From positions 1 to 56,952 of the forward strand of contig JBHGNT010000186.1 of assembly GCA_043228905.1 (NCBI GenBank): 56,952 nucleotides of DNA. Direction: 5' to 3'. The stretch is from Azolla caroliniana. Taxonomy: Eukaryota; Plantae; Polypodiophyta. The notes under the pieces were generated by a model that was not told where the DNA came from, ran no database searches, and was given only the letters and a program-made list of their open reading frames with translations. The position numbers were made by a program, and so were the translations under genes. This document shows, in pieces, positions 53,248-56,952 of this stretch. Numbering within the stretch: position 1 is the first letter of the stretch; each line of letters starts with the position of its first letter.

Positions 53248-53377
53248 AAACATGCAAATCGAAGCTAACAAGGCTAGCTATGATATAGAATTAAAAAATC
53301 GAGATTTTGAAACTCAGGTCAAGAGACATGAAGAAATTAGCATATTTGAGGAGGGAGTTGAGAAGAGCGTGTGAGTA
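53248..53377 (+). repeat. Truncated terminal satellite monomer (positions 1-130 of 178) fused to the telomere
   Basis: It reads ...GAAGAGCGTGTGAGTA|GGGTTTAGGG, where intact monomers read ...GAAGAGCGTGTGAGTA|AATTAAAATGGTC. Confidence 0.97.
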
Positions 53378-56300
53378 GGGTTTAGGGTTTAGGGTTTAGG
53401 GTTTAGGGTTTAGGGTTTAGGGTTTAGGGTTTAAGGGTTTAGGGTTTAGGGTTTAGGGTTTAGGGGTTTAGGGTTTAGGGTTTAGGGTTTAGGGTTTAGG
53501 GTTTAGGGTTTAGGGTTTAGGGTTTAGGGTTTAGGGTTTAGGGTTTAGGGTTTAGGGTTTAGGGTTTAGGGTTTAGGGTTTAGGGTTTAGGGTTTAGGGT
53601 TTAGGGTTTAGGGTTTAGGGTTTAGGGTTTAGGGTTTAGGGTTTAGGGTTTAGGGTTTAGGGTTTAGGGTTTAGGGTTTAGGGTTTAGGGTTTAGGGTTT
53701 AGGGTTTAGGGTTTAGGGTTTAGGGTTTAGGGTTTAGGGTTTAGGGTTTAGGGTTTAGGGTTTAGGGTTTAGGGTTTAGGGTTTAGGGTTTAGGGTTTAG
53801 GGTTTAGGGTTTAGGGTTTAGGGTTTAGGGTTTAGGGTTTAGGGTTTAGGGTTTAGGGTTTAGGGTTTAGGGTTTAGGGTTTAGGGTTTAGGGTTTAGGG
53901 TTTAGGGTTTAGGGTTTAGGGTTTAGGGTTTAGGGTTTAGGGTTTAGGGTTTAGGGTTTAGGGTTTAGGGTTTAGGGTTTAGGGTTTAGGGTTTAGGGTT
54001 TAGGGTTTAGGGTTTAGGGTTTAGGGTTTAGGGTTTAGGGTTTAGGGTTTAGGGTTTAGGGTTTAGGGTTTAGGGTTTAGGGTTTAGGGTTTAGGGTTTA
54101 GGGTTTAGGGTTTAGGGTTTAGGGTTTAGGGTTTAGGGTTTAGGGTTTAGGGTTTAGGGTTTAGGGTTTAGGGTTTAGGGTTTAGGGTTTAGGGTTTAGG
54201 GTTTAGGGTTTAGGGTTTAGGGTTTAGGGTTTAGGGTTTAGGGTTTAGGGTTTAGGGTTTAGGGTTTAGGGTTTAGGGTTTAGGGTTTAGGGTTTAGGGT
54301 TTAGGGTTTAGGGTTTAGGGTTTAGGGTTTAGGGTTTAGGGTTTAGGGTTTAGGGTTTAGGGTTTAGGGTTTAGGGTTTAGGGTTTAGGGTTTAGGGTTT
54401 AGGGTTTAGGGTTTAGGGTTTAGGGTTTAGGGTTTAGGGTTTAGGGTTTAGGGTTTAGGGTTTAGGGTTTAGGGTTTAGGGTTTAGGGTTTAGGGTTTAG
54501 GGTTTAGGGTTTAGGGTTTAGGGTTTAGGGTTTAGGGTTTAGGGTTTAGGGTTTAGGGTTTAGGGTTTAGGGTTTAGGGTTTAGGGTTTAGGGTTTAGGG
54601 TTTAGGGTTTAGGGTTTAGGGTTTAGGGTTTAGGGTTTAGGGTTTAGGGTTTAGGGTTTAGGGTTTAGGGTTTAGGGTTTAGGGTTTAGGGTTTAGGGTT
54701 TAGGGTTTAGGGTTTAGGGTTTAGGGTTTAGGGTTTAGGGTTTAGGGTTTAGGGTTTAGGGTTTAGGGTTTAGGGTTTAGGGTTTAGGGTTTAGGGTTTA
54801 GGGTTTAGGGTTTAGGGTTTAGGGTTTAGGGTTTAGGGTTTAGGGTTTAGGGTTTAGGGTTTAGGGTTTAGGGTTTAGGGTTTAGGGTTTAGGGTTTAGG
54901 GTTTAGGGTTTAGGGTTTAGGGTTTAGGGTTTAGGGTTTAGGGTTTAGGGTTTAGGGTTTAGGGTTTAGGGTTTAGGGTTTAGGGTTTAGGGTTTAGGGT
55001 TTAGGGTTTAGGGTTTAGGGTTTAGGGTTTAGGGTTTAGGGTTTAGGGTTTAGGGTTTAGGGTTTAGGGTTTAGGGTTTAGGGTTTAGGGTTTAGGGTTT
55101 AGGGTTTAGGGTTTAGGGTTTAGGGTTTAGGGTTTAGGGTTTAGGGTTTAGGGTTTAGGGTTTAGGGTTTAGGGTTTAGGGTTTAGGGTTTAGGGTTTAG
55201 GGTTTAGGGTTTAGGGTTTAGGGTTTAGGGTTTAGGGTTTAGGGTTTAGGGTTTAGGGTTTAGGGTTTAGGGTTTAGGGTTTAGGGTTTAGGGTTTAGGG
55301 TTTAGGGTTTAGGGTTTAGGGTTTAGGGTTTAGGGTTTAGGGTTTAGGGTTTAGGGTTTAGGGTTTAGGGTTTAGGGTTTAGGGTTTAGGGTTTAGGGTT
55401 TAGGGTTTAGGGTTTAGGGTTTAGGGTTTAGGGTTTAGGGTTTAGGGTTTAGGGTTTAGGGTTTAGGGTTTAGGGTTTAGGGTTTAGGGTTTAGGGTTTA
55501 GGGTTTAGGGTTTAGGGTTTAGGGTTTAGGGTTTAGGGTTTAGGGTTTAGGGTTTAGGGTTTAGGGTTTAGGGTTTAGGGTTTAGGGTTTAGGGTTTAGG
55601 GTTTAGGGTTTAGGGTTTAGGGTTTAGGGTTTAGGGTTTAGGGTTTAGGGTTTAGGGTTTAGGGTTTAGGGTTTAGGGTTTAGGGTTTAGGGTTTAGGGT
55701 TTAGGGTTTAGGGTTTAGGGTTTAGGGTTTAGGGTTTAGGGTTTAGGGTTTAGGGTTTAGGGTTTAGGGTTTAGGGTTTAGGGTTTAGGGTTTAGGGTTT
55801 AGGGTTTAGGGTTTAGGGTTTAGGGTTTAGGGTTTAGGGTTTAGGGTTTAGGGTTTAGGGTTTAGGGTTTAGGGTTTAGGGTTTAGGGTTTAGGGTTTAG
55901 GGTTTAGGGTTTAGGGTTTAGGGTTTAGGGTTTAGGGTTTAGGGTTTAGGGTTTAGGGTTTAGGGTTTAGGGTTTAGGGTTTAGGGTTTAGGGTTTAGGG
56001 TTTAGGGTTTAGGGTTTAGGGTTTAGGGTTTAGGGTTTAGGGTTTAGGGTTTAGGGTTTAGGGTTTAGGGTTTAGGGTTTAGGGTTTAGGGTTTAGGGTT
56101 TAGGGTTTAGGGTTTAGGGTTTAGGGTTTAGGGTTTAGGGTTTAGGGTTTAGGGTTTAGGGTTTAGGGTTTAGGGTTTAGGGTTTAGGGTTTAGGGTTTA
56201 GGGTTTAGGGTTTAGGGTTTAGGGTTTAGGGTTTAGGGTTTAGGGTTTAGGGTTTAGGGTTTAGGGTTTAGGGTTTAGGGTTTAGGGTTTAGGGTTTAGG

Positions 56301-56949
56301 GTTTAGGGTTTAGGGTTTAGGGTTTAGGGTTTAGGGTTTAGGGTTTAGGGTTTAGGGTTTAGGGTTTAGGGTTTAGGGTTTAGGGTTTAGGGTTTAGGGT
56401 TTAGGGTTTAGGGTTTAGGGTTTAGGGTTTAGGGTTTAGGGTTTAGGGTTTAGGGTTTAGGGTTTAGGGTTTAGGGTTTAGGGTTTAGGGTTTAGGGTTT
56501 AGGGTTTAGGGTTTAGGGTTTAGGGTTTAGGGTTTAGGGTTTAGGGTTTAGGGTTTAGGGTTTAGGGTTTAGGGTTTAGGGTTTAGGGTTTAGGGTTTAG
56601 GGTTTAGGGTTTAGGGTTTAGGGTTTAGGGTTTAGGGTTTAGGGTTTAGGGTTTAGGGTTTAGGGTTTAGGGTTTAGGGTTTAGGGTTTAGGGTTTAGGG
56701 TTTAGGGTTTAGGGTTTAGGGTTTAGGGTTTAGGGTTTAGGGTTTAGGGTTTAGGGTTTAGGGTTTAGGGTTTAGGGTTTAGGGTTTAGGGTTTAGGGTT
56801 TAGGGTTTAGGGTTTAGGGTTTAGGGTTTAGGGTTTAGGGTTTAGGGTTTAGGGTTTAGGGTTTAGGGTTTAGGGTTTAGGGTTTAGGGTTTAGGGTTTA
56901 GGGTTTAGGGTTTAGGGTTTAGGGTTTAGGGTTTAGGGTTTAGGGTTTA
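53376..56949 (+). repeat. Terminal telomere tract, Arabidopsis-type (TTTAGGG)n, about 510 units
   Basis: TAGGG (53376-53380), 7 perfect units (53381-53429), TTTAAGGG (53430-53437), 3 perfect units, TTTAGGGG (53459-53466), then 3479 bp = 497 in-register units (53467-56945) and a partial TTTA. The G-rich strand points to the end of the sequence. Confidence 0.99.
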
Positions 56950-56952
56950 CAC

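Larger units (their letters stand above)
1..53377 (+). repeat. 178-bp tandem satellite array, about 300.7 head-to-tail monomers; subtelomeric position, centromere-like monomer size; left end not within the window
   Basis: The unit AAACATGCGAATCGAA(G/A)CTAACAAGGCTAGCTATGATATAGAATTAAAAAATCGAGATTTTGAAACTCAGGTCGAGAGACATGA(A/G)GAAATTAGCATATTTGAGGAGGGAGTTGAGAAGAGCGTGTGAGTAAATTAAAATGGTCATACCTGGCTCGTGTGATATCGGATTTCTGTGTTC restarts at 1, 179, 357, 535 and so on up to 53248. Orientation never changes and no foreign insertion was seen. ORF-track offsets are multiples of 178 (534, 890, 1068, 1424). Confidence 0.99.

Noticed and set aside
1-53377. CRISPR array or other prokaryotic repeat system
   Set aside because: There are no unique spacers because the whole 178 bp repeats, no cas genes are present, and the array ends in a eukaryotic telomere.
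1-53377. Transposon insertion or strand inversion within the array
   Set aside because: Monomer register is kept from 1 to 53248 once the listed deletions are counted, which leaves no room for inserted DNA. No reverse-complement monomers were seen.
56950-56952. Terminal CAC after the last TTTA
   Set aside because: Three non-telomeric bases at the extreme end are most likely a read-end, adapter or consensus artefact, and too short to interpret. A continuation beyond the window (interstitial tract) cannot be fully excluded, but 3.5 kb of pure, correctly oriented repeat argues for a true terminus.

Overview
This window is a eukaryotic chromosome end with no genes. Bases 1-53377 are one uninterrupted head-to-tail array of a 178-bp satellite. 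By my count it holds 300 complete monomers (283 of 178 bp, 15 of 177 bp, 2 of 109 bp; these sum exactly to 53247) plus a final 130-bp partial monomer. That last monomer is cut mid-unit and joined directly, through a shared 'TA', to about 3.57 kb of Arabidopsis-type (TTTAGGG)n telomere. The G-rich strand runs 5'->3' toward the window end, as expected for a real terminus. There is no subtelomeric spacer, and only two variant telomere units occur, both within 90 bp of the junction. This looks like telomerase healing of a break inside a homogeneous satellite array, which is either a subtelomeric satellite or a centromere-type satellite on a telocentric end. Shared variants reveal nested block duplications of 2, 3, 5, 6, 13, 20 and 43 monomers, a 5.6-kb block copied 32 kb away, regional variant domains and a twice-present double-deletion monomer. 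All listed ORFs are chance read-throughs of the satellite. The host is probably a plant (TTTAGGG plus CG/CHG transitions), but I do not recognise the satellite family. All alignments were done by eye using marker variants and coordinate arithmetic.
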